Below, in pieces: positions 40,806 through 54,690 of a stretch of 64,000 bases of DNA. The notes below the pieces were generated by a model. It ran no database searches. It was given only the letters and a program-made list of their open reading frames with translations, and was not told the origin of the DNA. A program made the translations under genes and the position numbers. The number at the start of each line of letters is the position of its first letter. Position 1 is the first letter of the stretch. Source of the stretch: the human T2T-CHM13v2.0 reference genome, Homo sapiens; NCBI RefSeq assembly GCF_009914755.1, contig NC_060929.1; one strand, 5' to 3'.

Positions 40806-42528
40806 ACATTTTTTACTGAAATGCACCAGCTCTCCAGATAGCTCATTGCCCTGTTAATATTCATGAAGAAATCAACTCTACAATTACTTTAAATACGTTA
40901 CATTATATACAATTATAATTTATTATAATTTACATTACCTAGAATTATAAATTACTTCATGATTTATATGACTTATTTCCATGATTTATTTAATGCTTGT
41001 GTTGGTGGAGACCAGTGTCTGACCTCAGGAACTCACTCTCCTCTCCAAAATGCATGCTTTTGTGTACCCTTAGACAACCCTGAGAGACTAGGTACACATT
41101 TCTTCACTCCAACTTGTTTATTAAAAATTTCCATTCTTTTCCCAGAATTTTTTTTCCACTGTTCAAGCAATTAAGGCAAATAGCTAAAGAAAACTTTTTC
41201 AGTACTGGTCATTCCCAAAGAGAAGAGCAAGCTGGAAGACCCAGTGAGCATGAAGGTGGATGAGCAGTATCCATAAAAGTCGCGCCACACTGCCTGGACC
41301 TATTTCTTCCACTATGTATCACAAGTGCTTGCATATTTTACTGTACAGTGTGTTAAGTTTCAGTGAAGACAAAGGGTCTAGTGCCATATGTCAGCCAAAG
41401 ACAATGTTTCCCATGGTGTCCACCCTTAATTATTAAACATGTCCTTCTAGAATCTCAGAACTATCCCAAAGGCCATATGTGCCACCTCGTAATGTGAGGC
41501 CTCAATCTTATGACACCTGTGCAATTACAAGGACTCAGCATCCCCGTGTGGTCCTCTTCTCAGCTCCTAAAAGAATCACCCTCATTCCACCATTGCCAAA
41601 GCACAGGAATATAATGTGGGACGTGCTGTCAAAACAGGATTTCAGATCACAAAATAGTTATGTTCCCCAAAATCACAGTTCTATAAATCGTTAGCAAGCA
41701 TCTTTCCATAAATTAATGCCTTGACCACTAGGCAAGACTCTCATCCTATGGGGATTTTCTGGGCAATGTTTTTGTCCTATAGGAGTTTTCCTTAAAAAAT
41801 TTAAAGATGAGAATCAGCCTGGGGTTGCTAGTTAAGCTCAACACAGTCCTAATAAGCAGCTGCTTCTGCTCCCAACTGTCACCATTCCCTCCATATCAAT
41901 ATCTCTGAGAAGGTCAGCACACTGTCTTCAGCATGCTCTAATAAATCAAACACAAGTTTGTCCCAGTCGAATAAGGCCCCGTGTATGAGTTGCTACACAC
42001 TTGTCTCCACTGGTCTACAACATAGAAAATTGTGTCCTTATTTGCTGTAACCACATGTTCACTACAATTAACTCTATACATGTACACACTACATGCTGGA
42101 CTCAGATGTCTAAACCATACTTCTTTGGCCCATCTATCTCTCTTAATGTCAATCTATAAAGGAGGATCCACAGAACATTCATGTAATTACTACAATTAAC
42201 AAGGAGATGCAAGTCACGGCCAGGGACTAGTAAGTTCTGCTATAAACACACAATCACAGAGCAATAAAGGATTTTGGCAGCTTATCTGCTCTTTCATCAC
42301 CTCTCTGGCTCTTGCAAAAGTGGAGTGTCTCAACCTCACCACCAATTTCACAAGAGATGCTATGACTTTACCTATGATTCCTCCATGCAAATGTGACTAT
42401 TCTATAGGCCCTTTGAGCTCTTTCTGGAATCACACAGATGTGAGTTTGAAATATGCCCCACTTTCCAGCTTTGTGACTCTGAAAGAGTTACTAATCTTCG
42501 GTAATTCTCTTTTTTCTTCTTCTAAGAA

Positions 42529-42736
42529 GTACCATCTACCTGTCAAGGTTTTGGGGTTTTGAGTGTTAGTGAGGTGAAATGATCTACTGGTACCATCTAC
42601 CTGTCAAGGTTTTGGGGTTTTGAATGTTAGTGAGGTGAAATGATCTACTGGTACCATCTACTCATCAAGGTTTTGGGGTTTTGAATGTTAGTGAGGTGAA
42701 ATAATCTACTGGTACCGTCTACTTGTCAAGGGTTTG
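42529..42736. repeat. 61-bp tandem repeat, ~3.4 copies, continuing from a MIR (~42420-42580)
   Basis: GTACCATCTACCTGTCAAGGTTTTGGGGTTTTGARTGTTAGTGAGGTGAAATGATCTACTG starts at 42529, 42590, 42651 and 42712. Confidence 0.95.
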
Positions 42737-43429
42737 AAGACCCAATAATCTCATCCTGCTTTTAATGTTCCCAATACACCATCAGAACTGTATTAAGGGT
42801 CCACAAGATGTTATCTGTTGAATGCCCTTCTCACCTTGCCCCAGCCAGTATCCTGGTTGAATCATTCCTGGCTCTGTTCTCCTTTTTCTCTCATGTATCC
42901 TCAACATGGCTTAAACCCATCTATCAGGAACTTCTGGACTTGGTCTTATGACAGCCCCTGAACATGGCCAGCAAGATGCAACACAAACTCACTCCAAATT
43001 CCTCTTCCTGCCTCATGGTCCTCTTTGCACCAACAATTCAGCACCCTTGACACCAGCATTTTCATGCCTACATGCCCCTTGCTCTTTATGCTCCAAATGC
43101 CATCTCCAAACTACAATTTTCTATCTTCTCCCATTTTATGAAGATCCACTACAAATGCATCCACAAAAGCTGTGTTAATTACCCTCTGTCATGGCCCATT
43201 CGAATGAATTATTCCTTCCAATTTGCATTCAAACTCATTGTATATACCCCTTATTATTTCACTTACAAAGTGATATAACTGTTTATGAATTTAACTCCCC
43301 AATACAAACCAGACCGTAAGCAAAGACACTCTTTTAGTACAGTACACATTTTTATCACAATCGAGCTTAGGTCTGAAACATTGCAGAGACACAGGCAATG
43401 TTTGTAAGACAAATGAGGAAGTACAAGGA

Positions 43430-43670
43430 AAGATTAGGAAGCCCAGCTCCTCCACTAGGCACCCGAGTTTAAGTCTCTGTACTGCCCCTTGCTGGCTGGG
43501 TGACTTTGGGCGAGTTATTTCACCTCACTAACATTCAGCTGCTCGTTACAACACTAGCATATTAATTGTACTTTCCTTGTGGGTTGCTATAAGGATTGTA
43601 ATATTGAATACCCTCCATGCATCATCTCACACTGACTAGCATACAATGATTAACACATACCTGCTGCCAC
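43430..43670 (+). mobile_element. MIR
   Basis: GCTGGGTGACTTTGGGCGAGTTATTTCACCTC core. Confidence 0.65.
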
Positions 43671-43950
43671 ATTATAATGAAAATTGGAACCCCCAATTTT
43701 AAGCCATCTCATGCTCTGCTGAAAAATGAGCCAATCCTCTTTGCTGAATGCTCCTTGACAGTCCACAGAGGCTTAAGGCTTAGAAGCAAAGAACTTATTA
43801 AAATAGGAGGGAACGAGAGAAAAGGGAAACAGTAACTGTTCACAGACAGCTCTCCTCTTCTGCCACTACAGCCAGTCAGAAACATGGCAAAGGTCTGGGT
43901 ATAGAGTGTTTACATCCAAGTTCTAAGCCTCACCCAGCCTCCTACTGTGA

Positions 43951-44270
<320 letters not shown>

Positions 44271-45549
44271 TGTGAATAGGTTTTAAAAGAATTACATATG
44301 ATTTCTCTGTTCATTTTCCCACCTATGAAATCTACAGCTGTCATATTTCCCAGAACCATGGTGATACGCGTTTTCATTAGCTGCCTGCCATGAAGTTAGA
44401 TTAAGAAGACATCAATGATTTTTTCTAATCAAAGTCATAAAGTCAAGTGGTTTCAAATAACAACCTCCACTATATATATGTTAAAGAGAAAAATAGCACC
44501 CATATCGCAGCCTGGGTGCCCATAATCTTCTAATACCAGTAATAAATCTTTCTGCGAAGGCTAAATCATTTATAAACTTGTTAACACAGCTCAAGTCTCT
44601 AATGCTGTATCACTAGGTTTCTTACTTAATCAAATTGTTTAAAAATGTGTATTTGCAATACTGAGTGATTAGGAGGTTTATCTTATGAAAGACCATTCCA
44701 GTGTCCCGTTGTACACAAATAATTTGAAGGCAATTTCCCCTTGTTAAGGGTAAAAACTCTGATTAGACTAACTTCTGATAGCTAGTTATTGAGATCACAG
44801 AAAGAATGCAGCCACTAGTGAATAAACAAATACTAAGACCTTCCAGGTGGACTGTCTCAGGTGACCTCCAAAGGTTAATTCATGTAAAAAGGATACTGCC
44901 ATTACAACCAGAAACCAACAAGTTATGCCCTCCTTTTGAAAAGTATTAGATTCCAGGATGGATTATCCAGCCAACCAAAGAAAGGGCGAATATAAGGTAA
45001 CCAGCTCTCCAGAGTATGTTCTCTCACCCAGTTTAATGGGAAGCTATGTGGTTTGGAAGCAAATTCTAGAGTTACAGAATGTTAAGCAAGATATTCATTA
45101 TTTTACCCCATCATGAAACAACAAGCCCAAACAGCTAACTCCAGGAACGTTTTCTGAGACCGTGTGCACATCAAGAAACAAGAAACAAAATAGGTTGTTG
45201 AAAACACCCACATGTTACAGCATTTCTGCCCTTCCTGAGGATGGGAATAACATTAGAAATAACTTCACAGAAAAACAGACTCCCCAGAGATTCAAAATTC
45301 CCCAGGAATCTCACCATTTGGACAGACATATGTACTCTGGAAAAATTGTTCCTATCATCCAGTAGCCATGAATTCTAACTTAGTCTAAACTTTCCATTCA
45401 AAAGGCAGCACCTTTCTTAATTTTAAGCAATGTCTAAAGTCCAAAGCCCCAGGACAACATTTCTTCTGAGCCTGTGTCAGCTTCATTCAGTCTCATTGAA
45501 CTGAATGATGTATAATCAAAGCCAATGGGATTCTGAAGGAGAGAGAAAG

Positions 45550-45750
45550 TGAGAATACTAGACTCAAACCTGAACAGAGCTGAGTCAATTACAGAAAAGT
45601 CTTGGCAAAGTAACTTCAGCCCCATGAGGTGCTGTTTCTCTGTGGGTAAATAAGGATACTCACAGCCCCCTGTCTCTTGGGGCATTTGCAAGGAGTGAAT
45701 GAGCTAATACGTACAAAAGGTGGCCAGAATGCTGGGTGCACAGCTAATGG
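45550..45750 (+). mobile_element. MIR
   Basis: GTCTTGGCAAAGTAACTTCAGCCCCATGAG...TGTTTCTCTGTGGGTAAATAAGGATA. Confidence 0.5.
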
Positions 45751-47004
45751 CCAATAATCATGAATTAATCTCCATGCCCTTTTAAATGGAGGGACTTCGA
45801 ATATGCTGGATTCTCTTCCATATCACTTATTACTCCATCATTGAATTGGCCATATAGAAGGCATATGCAGGTAAACGATGTCTGTAACAGAGGTCACCAA
45901 CTCATCCACGGTGAGCAGATGCAGACAGGTGCATCATATAAGGTCACAAGTGGCCAGCAAAGAAAAGGACTCACAGGCCAGCAGAAACAACAAGATGATG
46001 AATATCTGGGACCTGTCTTTACCCAACAGGAATAAAAGAAACTTGGGTTTCCAATTTACCATGAATGATGATGGTACTACAGGTCTTCTGCCTTACGTAG
46101 TCAGAGAAGTAGACATGGAGGAAGAATTTGTTAGAAGCAAAATAAAGCGAACATGGTTAAAATGACAACAACAAACTAGCTCTGTCTCAGAGGACTCCGC
46201 ATGCACAAGAGCAGTATTTGTCCAAACACAAACATTTTCCCAGTGGCAATGACTTACTTACTGCTAAGTCCAGCAGAGGCAGCGATACTAATTTATAATG
46301 TGTGAAATAAAGAAAAGATAACACAGGCTTCTAAAAGGCTGGCCAGTGGGAATAGTCACATAAAGATCCCAGCCTAGATTTATTAAAAATTACAATAATT
46401 AGTCCTAGAAAAGTAGAAAACTAGAATTATTTTCTCAAACATAAAACAAACTGCCCTCATGTCAGTACTCAATTCCAGTGAGAATTGAATAAATTTCTGC
46501 TTTGGGAAAAAACCAGCAACACTGATTTTATCTTTAATAAAAGGAGTTATAAATATCAAGAAAATATTTTGATTTGTATAAATGCATCAAATATAAAATT
46601 TAAGCCTTAAATATTTATTGGATATGTCAAGTATGGATGGCACTGGACATTTTAAAAATTATTCAAAGAAATTTTAACAGGTATTAAGTAACTCAAATCC
46701 AAATTAGAAAAGAAGAAACATATATAGGTTAATGTATAATAACTGATAAAATATCAGATTTAAAATCATAAAACATCTGTAAGTTTAACACAAATGTGAA
46801 ATGTTTACGTGAAGAGAATGTACGGAAATGATATTAAATGAAATTAGCCCAATGCAAGTAGGTGTCCTGTAGTAGATAGATTTCAAACAGGTCTTTCAGT
46901 AAAAGTTAGACAGTTATTACCATGGAATTTGGAAAATGGAAAATTAAGAGATTCTAGAATGAGGAAGGTACTCTATCAAATTTCTCAGAGAATAAACACT
47001 ATTC

Positions 47005-47240
47005 CAGAGTTCCTTAGCTTCAGCGTGACTGTCATTTTGGACAGGATACATGTTTATTGTGGATCTGTCCTGTGCATTGAAGGATGCTTAGCGGTATTGC
47101 CTGCTGCTTTTCATGAGATGTCTGTAGCACAAGAAACAGTCTTGACAATCTTAGTGATGTTTCTAAATATTGACAAATGTCCCCTTGCAGAGGAGGAGAA
47201 GGCAGAATTGCTCTCCCTTCCATTGAGGACCACTGCTGTA
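47005..47240. mobile_element. MER20
   Basis: CATTTTGGACAGGATA...CTGTCCTGTGCATTGAAGGATGCTTAGC...CAAATGTCCCC...TTGAGGACCACTG. Confidence 0.75.
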
Positions 47241-47899
47241 TACAAAGATACAATCTACAAAAAGAGTATGTAACAAGTAGACTAAACATAAAGAGAGAAT
47301 ATCGTGATTTTATTTTCCATATTTTGATTTTCTTCTCTACTTACTGTGCTAATACGATCTTACAGAAAGTGCTACGCATAGTAATCAAAACTGTATCCTG
47401 AATTAGTACAACACAATTTCAGCACAATGAAACATGGGTTTCAAAAATCAGTTATATAATGGATACCAGAAAAACAGGCTTCTGTTACCACAGTAATAAG
47501 GACAGCACAGTTTGGTAAATGAAGTGAACATTGAAATTTAGCCCTCATTTAACACATTTCTAAAACTTAAGCAGGAACCACAAACCTCCAAGGGAAGTGT
47601 ATTTTGGTCCCATAAGCTACCTGGCTGCATTTGCTTTGCTTTGCTAATGACAACAGAATTACCAGCCAAGTGTTCACCTGTGGAAGAGGGGCTATACCTT
47701 CACAGGGATCAGCAATAAAGAATAAAATCTTCCTCAGTCCCCAGCTACCCTCCCCATCTCTTACCCTCATGCTGCTAGGTCAACTAAGCCATTCCTTATC
47801 AGTTGATGCAGTGGCCTGCCAGATTCCTTTAAGCTCTGGATGGTGAGTACCTAGCGCAAAAGTCACTTTAGGAAAAAGAAGAGTCTGTAGTCCTGCCTT

Positions 47900-48270
47900 A
47901 CCACCATCACCATCACCATCATCACCATCTCTACCACCATCACCACCAATACCACTACCATGACCACCATCATCATTGTCAACACCACCACTATGACTTT
48001 TACCACTATTGCCACCATCACTACTACTGCCATCATCACCATCACTACCATCACCATCACTACCAACACCACAACTACCACCATCATTACCATCACTATG
48101 ACCATCACCACTACCACCACACCACACCACAATCACTACCACAATCATCACCAACACTACCATCACCACCACCATTTTCACCACCATCTTCAACATCATT
48201 ATCACCACCACCACCACCACAATCACCAACACCACTGTTACCACCACCACCATCACCACCACCACCACTA
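47900..48270. repeat. Degenerate (CAC/CAT)n trinucleotide array, about 370 bp
   Basis: Directly visible; source of the poly-Thr/His and poly-Val ORFs. Confidence 0.96.
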
Positions 48271-48609
48271 CAGCTAGCTAGAAGTCTCACTCTCCACAGC
48301 ACGGAATACTATAACCCTGCATTGGGCTCCAGCACAATCAAACTTCTCCTTGAACATAATCCACTAAGGCACTCCAGCTCACACTTCTTAACTCCACTAG
48401 ACTTTTCTACTTCCTGCACTTTTACAATTCCAGAACTTTCTGAAGTCATTATCTTGATCTGGGATGTCCTCTCCACACAAATTCTTAGGTTACCAACTTA
48501 TTAAGTCAAACTTGAAGCACAGTGGATATGCAGTAAATACTGAATTGCTCACAAATTACAGAAATTCCCTCCATGATATGAAACAAGCTTTCCAGTGGAT
48601 TGGCATCTA

Positions 48610-49180
48610 TTGATTTAACTCCTACATCGTGCTTAGTAGGTGCAGGCATGGTACTAAGTATTTTATATTATCAGTTGATTTATCCTCATAACAGCACAAC
48701 ACAACGGTTACTATTATTATCCTCATTTTTCATATGAAGAAACTGAGGCAAAGGGACATCAAGAAAGGTGCACAAGTTCACAGAACTAAAATTTGAATCC
48801 AGGCAGCAGTCTCACCATGATCTCTGAACCACTCCAATGTGTAGCTACTCTACACTGAAAACAATTTCAAAACAAATTTTTAGTTATTTTTTTTTTAAAT
48901 GTCATAGAGTCTAAGAGATAGCCAGAGATTTTTCTAACAACAGAATCCTATTTTTAAGAGCCTCAAGCCCAGCCTCCCTCTCCTCTGAGAGCACGCTGAA
49001 GAAAATTTGGGCCCATTTTAAACACAGTTTAGACATCACTGTTTTTACGGCAAATATTTGTTTTTCACAGACATGGAAACTAAGACCTGAGAAAGGGTAG
49101 TCGTTTACCCAAGTAACACTGAATTAGTTGGCAGCAGAGTTGAAACTAAAACCCTGGAGTCCCGATGCCAACTGGATGAT
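48610..49180 (-). mobile_element. Cluster of MIR fragments (and a possible MER5-like piece)
   Basis: CTCATTTTTCATATGAAGAAACTGAGGCA and TTTTCACAGACATGGAAACTAAGACCTGAGA cores. Confidence 0.65.
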
Positions 49181-50607
49181 TTTCAATTATCCCTTGGCCC
49201 CCTGGCTAATCATTAAATAGATTTTCTACAGAAAGGTGCAGTTTCATATCTACCAGGTAAGAAACATGGTTGATGACACATGAAAATGATTCACTAGAAA
49301 AGACAAAAGATAATCATTCACCCAAACACGCCTCTTGCTAAATCTTCAGAGTCTAATATCGCACAGTGCAATTTGGGATTCAGGCTTTACCTCTCATCTA
49401 AGGAGTCCAAAGCCCTTCTCAGGCAACCCTGGGCCACTAAGTTACTGGCCAGTTAGCAACAGAGAAACCATGTAACAAAAATTGTACTCATCTGGTAGGC
49501 TGAGTTCATGGCCAAGCCAGAACCAAAACTCCACCTCTCTCTGTACATCCACCTGTGATCTGGTGCATGCCCCCAGCCCTGGGCTCCCCCTCCCGACCCA
49601 CACCTGTGAGGGGACCTTTACCTGCGTGTGCTGGAGGCTCCTCAGCTGTTTCTCCTTCTCTGTAACTGATTTACTGGCTGACCTTCAGACCATCTTAAGC
49701 CTTTCCATGACTAAGTTTCTCCTGTGCAAAATTACACTTCTCTCTCTGAGGAGGTGTTGAGAATGATTAAATGAACCTGGCCACAGAGCGAGAGCTCGTC
49801 AGACACGAGGCATTAGATCGGGGGGCTGTGTTGTCCGCGGGGTGCTTTCTGGTGATCATTCATGCAGATACCCAAATCAAAGTCTCCAGGTAAAGAAAAC
49901 GACTTTGGAAAACTCTGTGGTTTTAACAAACACATAACAATGCCCCCACCCCCACCGTTCTCTGGTTTCATATTAAGTAAATCTTTTACTGAGGGTTTTT
50001 TCTATCCAGGCACAATGGAACCCTGATAAAAAATTTTATGTATCTTCTATGAAAATACCTATAAAAATAATTTGATGGGAAAAAATCTCTTTTAGCTTCT
50101 GTTTTACCATGAGAATTTCTTTTTTTAGAGACAATTAAAAGTTAACACAAAAGTTTTATTTCTCAGTACCTGTAATTTGTTTTTATTAAATTAAAGAAAG
50201 AGTATACATAACAGATAAGCATTCACCTATACCTATAATAACTGGGAAAAAAATCATATGATCATGTAGGTCTATTAAGAAAGTAAAAATTAAATATAAC
50301 AATGCACTCCAGAAATGGATACTAAGATCTTATTTAAAATACAGTATGTATGACTAATAAATTGTCATTCTCATTACCATGCTCCAAATAGTTATTTCCT
50401 TTCTTAATTCACCTTTTGAAAGCATTTTGTTCCATTTTCCTGGGGCTGTTTTACTGCGTGACTTCCCTGGGCATTCAACAGTCAATCTCCGCAGGATTGG
50501 GATTTTCATTTCACGTGTCTTTAATCTAGCAAAGCATTCAGGCTACTCTTTTCACAGATATAAATAAGTAAATACAACAATCTTCAGGTAAAGAAAAAAT
50601 ACATTCC

Positions 50608-50937
50608 TCAGGGACAAGGATAAAGCTGGAAGCCATCTTCCTCAGCAAACAAACACAGGAACAGAAAACCAAACACTGCATGTTCTCACTTATAAGTGGT
50701 AGTTGAACATTGAGAACACGTGGACACAGAGAGGCGAGCATCACACACCTGGGCCTTTTAGGAGGTGGGGGTGAGGGGAGGAATCTTAGAGAGCGGGTCA
50801 ATAGGTGCAGCAAAACACCATGGCCCACGTATATCTGTGCAACAAACCTGCACATTCTGAATATGTACCCCACTTTTTTTAGAAGAAATGAAAAACAAAA
50901 AAAAATTTTAAAGAATAAAAGCAGGAAAAAAAAAAAA
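50608..50937 (+). mobile_element. Older L1PA 3' end
   Basis: AAGCTGGAAGCCATC...CAGAAAACCAAACACTGCATGTTCTCACTTATAAGTGG...A-rich tail; TSD-like AAAAAA(T/G)ACATTC. Confidence 0.9.
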
Positions 50938-52271
50938 GACATTCAAGCCGCCTACATTTCCATAACAGAGCGTTCTCTATCTACTTACTATATTTATTCT
51001 TGAGTTATAGCAAATGACAATTTCCATCTGGACTTTTTTTTTTTTTTAAATAAAGGCATTTCTCATTTCATCTTGTGATAATTTGAAAAACTATGTATAC
51101 TGTGTAACCTAAATAAAATAGATTATAGCACCACTCCAAAAATTGCTGTCAACTTCCACACATACTAAGCTAGTGGACCTACCCCAGGCAAAAGAAACAG
51201 GGTCAGATGCTGCCTAATAGAAATCAAGTGACACGTCTTTAGCATGTTCTTTGCTATGCCACTGGTTATCTGTAGAGGCTCCAGAGTTTAGTAAGTCTTC
51301 TTAATTGGACATCATTTAGCTCAGCCACTGGGCTCAAGTAGACAAATAGGAAGTGAGTTTTCCATGTGTACTCTGTTCCTTATCTGCACAGTGGGTGCCC
51401 TCTGAACTGAGCCTCATCAGAGGCTATGTGTCTCAGCCCACACGCAAGCAACGTGCATGCTGCCTGAAGTGGAAGCAAAAGTGTGTTGTTAGTTGCGCAC
51501 CCATAGAAGCACACCTGAGCCTCCCTATACAGTGCCCAACTAGAAGAGGCTGAGCACTTCCCTCCTGTCATTTGTAGACTGATAGTCCAGTCCCATCATT
51601 ACCAGGTCTCACCCACTGCCAGAAGGATGGCTCGTCCTCAGTCCCATGAACTCAGCTGTGCTCATGAGTTACCAATGAGGAAGGGATGAAAGGAGAAAAT
51701 AAAAATTAATCTTGTATCCACAAAACATAAAAACTCACATTAAGTATCCCATCATGATTATAAAATATCACCACTCATCACCTATAGGAGGATAAACTAA
51801 GGCTAGTTAAGGGTAAATGATATTGTGACTGTCAGGACTAGGGCATTTGTTTAGAATGACATAGAAGGTCTTAGCTAAATCCATGCAAAGTGTTCCCCGA
51901 AATGAACGTTCAGTCTCCTCCAGGAAGGTGATTCCCCGTCTCAGTAAAACATAGGTAGAAAAATCAGTCTTATCATGGGTTACAGAATACCCTTTCCTTT
52001 CTACCTCCCCCTTCTGCTTGTCCTAATTAAGTCCTCGAAAATTAATTGTATAAAAACAAAATGTAGTCTACCACTTATTAGATTATCCTATACCCAATAG
52101 ACTATGCATGAAGATCTTTGGAATGATTTCCTTGATTGACCTACAATATTCTTTAAACTCTCAGATCAGGACTGTATATAAAGTAAATTATAAACTGTTT
52201 TATTGTTATTCCTCTACTACTTCATTGCTTTTTTTTTTTTTTTTCACATGGAACAGTCCCCCTTGTTATTA

Positions 52272-52643
52272 CAGGCTAAGAATCTCTTATCTGAAATGCT
52301 TGGGGCCAGAACGGATTCAGATTTTGCATTTTTTTTTTTTTTTTTTTGGATTTTGGGATATTGGCATATACATAACAAGTTATCGTGGGGATAGAACCCA
52401 AGTCTAATCTTGAAATCTCTTTATGTTTAAATACACCTTATACGCATAGCCTGAAGGTGATTTATACAATATGTTTAATAATTTTATGCATGAAACAATG
52501 TTTTGACAGCATTTTGACTACAATCCATCAAATGAGATCAGGTGTAGAATTTTCCACCTGTGGTATCATCTTGGCACTCGAAAATGTTTTAGATTTTGGA
52601 TCACTTTGGACTTTAGTTTTTTAGATTAGAGATGCTCATCCTG
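52272..52643. mobile_element. Tigger4b/MER46-like TcMar element
   Basis: TA-CAGGCTAAGAATCTCTTATCTGAAA ... TTTAGATTAGAGATGCTCATCCTG inverted termini. Confidence 0.8.
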
Positions 52644-54479
52644 CATTTTCTTGTATAAAGATACTTCATTACCATGGCAAAGCATTCCTGTACCATCCAT
52701 TAACAATCTCTGGTGTTTCGTTCATAATGTGTACCATTCCATATTTCCCATCCAGTGAAATGTATGCATAACAAGTATTGGCAGGAGACAAAACAAAATC
52801 CTTACTCCTAGCTATGGGTACAAAGTCAGGTGGCCAGGCATTGGGCTCCTAGCAGTCAAGAGTGAAGGAGACATTGGGGAAGGTGGGCAGGTCCTCAGGA
52901 AAACTGGAAATAAAATTATCCAGTGACAGGACAGTGGCCAAAAACATTTCTCAAATTGTCATGGGAATGGTTTACAGGAGAATGGGCGTTACTTAAACAC
53001 AGGCCACTTATGACAGCAAACGTAACCATCTACACTAGATATATATGGCATTAATCAGAAATAAAGATGTTAGAAGGAGAAGAATCAGAAATAACACACC
53101 TGGATTCTGAGCCTTTGGAAAGATTTTGAAAGTTTAGGCAAAGAGCATCCAAGGCTTCAATGGCATGTACAGAGTATTGAGCAAGATGGAGCTAGGAGTC
53201 ACATAAACGGGCTGTTATACACTGGCATATTGGGCAAAGCCTTCTGGTATATTCCAGCAAGACTTCATAACGAAAGACCTTACGCCTTAAAATAGTATTA
53301 ATTGAAAAGAATGATAAGGCCTGCTGGGGGCTAAAAGGGCGTAGAAGAAGACAGATTTAGAAGAGAGGGTAAGAATGAATGCTTGAAATCATTGCATAAA
53401 TTAATAAGTTTCTGTGTATGTTTACCCTGTTGAGTATCCACAGTTACAGGATAGGGAAGACAAGTGGTAGCAGATATTATGTGACAATGTTTTTGTTATC
53501 CATAGACAACAAAAGCTCCATATGCTCAACAAAAGTCAGATTACAGAGCCATAATAATGTACATGTTTCTGAAACATTCCTGTATTTTGAGTTTCCCTCA
53601 AAGCCTAGCATTTATAAAGTTTATCGCTGGTCCTTTCAATGAATTTCACTGAACACAAGCCAGGCATGTATCAAAATAGGTATATAAAATCTCTATAAAG
53701 TAAATAAAACTCATCAGAGAAGCTGGAACAGAACATTTCCTAACTTTTTTTCAATCTGGGAGGATCTGATTCATAATTATCATCTACTGTCTTTCTTGAC
53801 TAACAAGTGAGAGCCAAAAGGATACCCAACCCTTTTGTCTTGGTGAAATGAAAATCTATTATGTAATTATTTTACAAATAACACATATAACATGTATAAA
53901 CAGACGTTATTATAATCATCATATTTCATTTTAATATTTGAGGCTTTAAAGGATACCATTAAACAACATTAATTTCATTTACAATAAATGAAGCATAAGA
54001 CATGGAAAACTACTTGGCTGCATTTAAGATCTAGCGATTCAACTATAAGGAAAAATTACTTTCATCGAAGATGACAGTTTTCCTCTAGCTCTTCCTACTG
54101 ATGCCTATGCAATACAGTCTCACTAAATGAGCATAAAATAAAAAGATGTCCATTTGATCTTTGGACAAAGATCAGATTTGATGACACAGATCTACATCCA
54201 GTGGTCTGATTATGGATCCTGCATAAATAGATGGAAATAGGTTCACTTTCAAACGTTTAGGCATCATTGGCAAGACTGACGCTTCTGCTTTCTACCAGTC
54301 ATAATATGAAAACATTGGCAATGACCTTTACTAGAAATCTTCATGCAAATGCAACAAGAAACTCACCCAAAACATTAGCAGAACCTACCAGATCTATTCA
54401 TTAGAAGAAAATATCAACCATAGGTATCATTCACAAGTAAGAGAAGAAAAGCATTAGTCATTTTACCTAGTATCACACC

Positions 54480-54690
54480 ATGGGCTTTTGAGTTGGCAAA
54501 AATGGGAATGAATCCCAGCTTCATGACTCTACCCTGGGAAAGTGACATATTTCTGTGTCTCAGCTTTATCTGTTAAATGGGACCAAGAGCCCGTTACCTT
54601 GTAGGGTTCACAAGATGACTGATTGAAACAACATATGTAAAACACCTAGGACAGTGCCTGCATATAGCATGTCCGCTATAAATATCACTC
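54480..54690 (+). mobile_element. MIR
   Basis: GAATCCCAGCT...CTGTGTCTCAGCTTTATCTGTTAAATGGG...TGTAAAACACCTAGGACAGTGCCTG. Confidence 0.7.

Noticed and set aside
42529-42736. CRISPR-like appearance of regularly spaced repeats
   Set aside because: Units are head-to-tail with no unique spacers and no cas genes; the context is human intron.
47780-48302. Poly-His/Thr and poly-Val 'membrane or metal-binding' ORFs
   Set aside because: Translation of the (CAC/CAT)n low-complexity tract.
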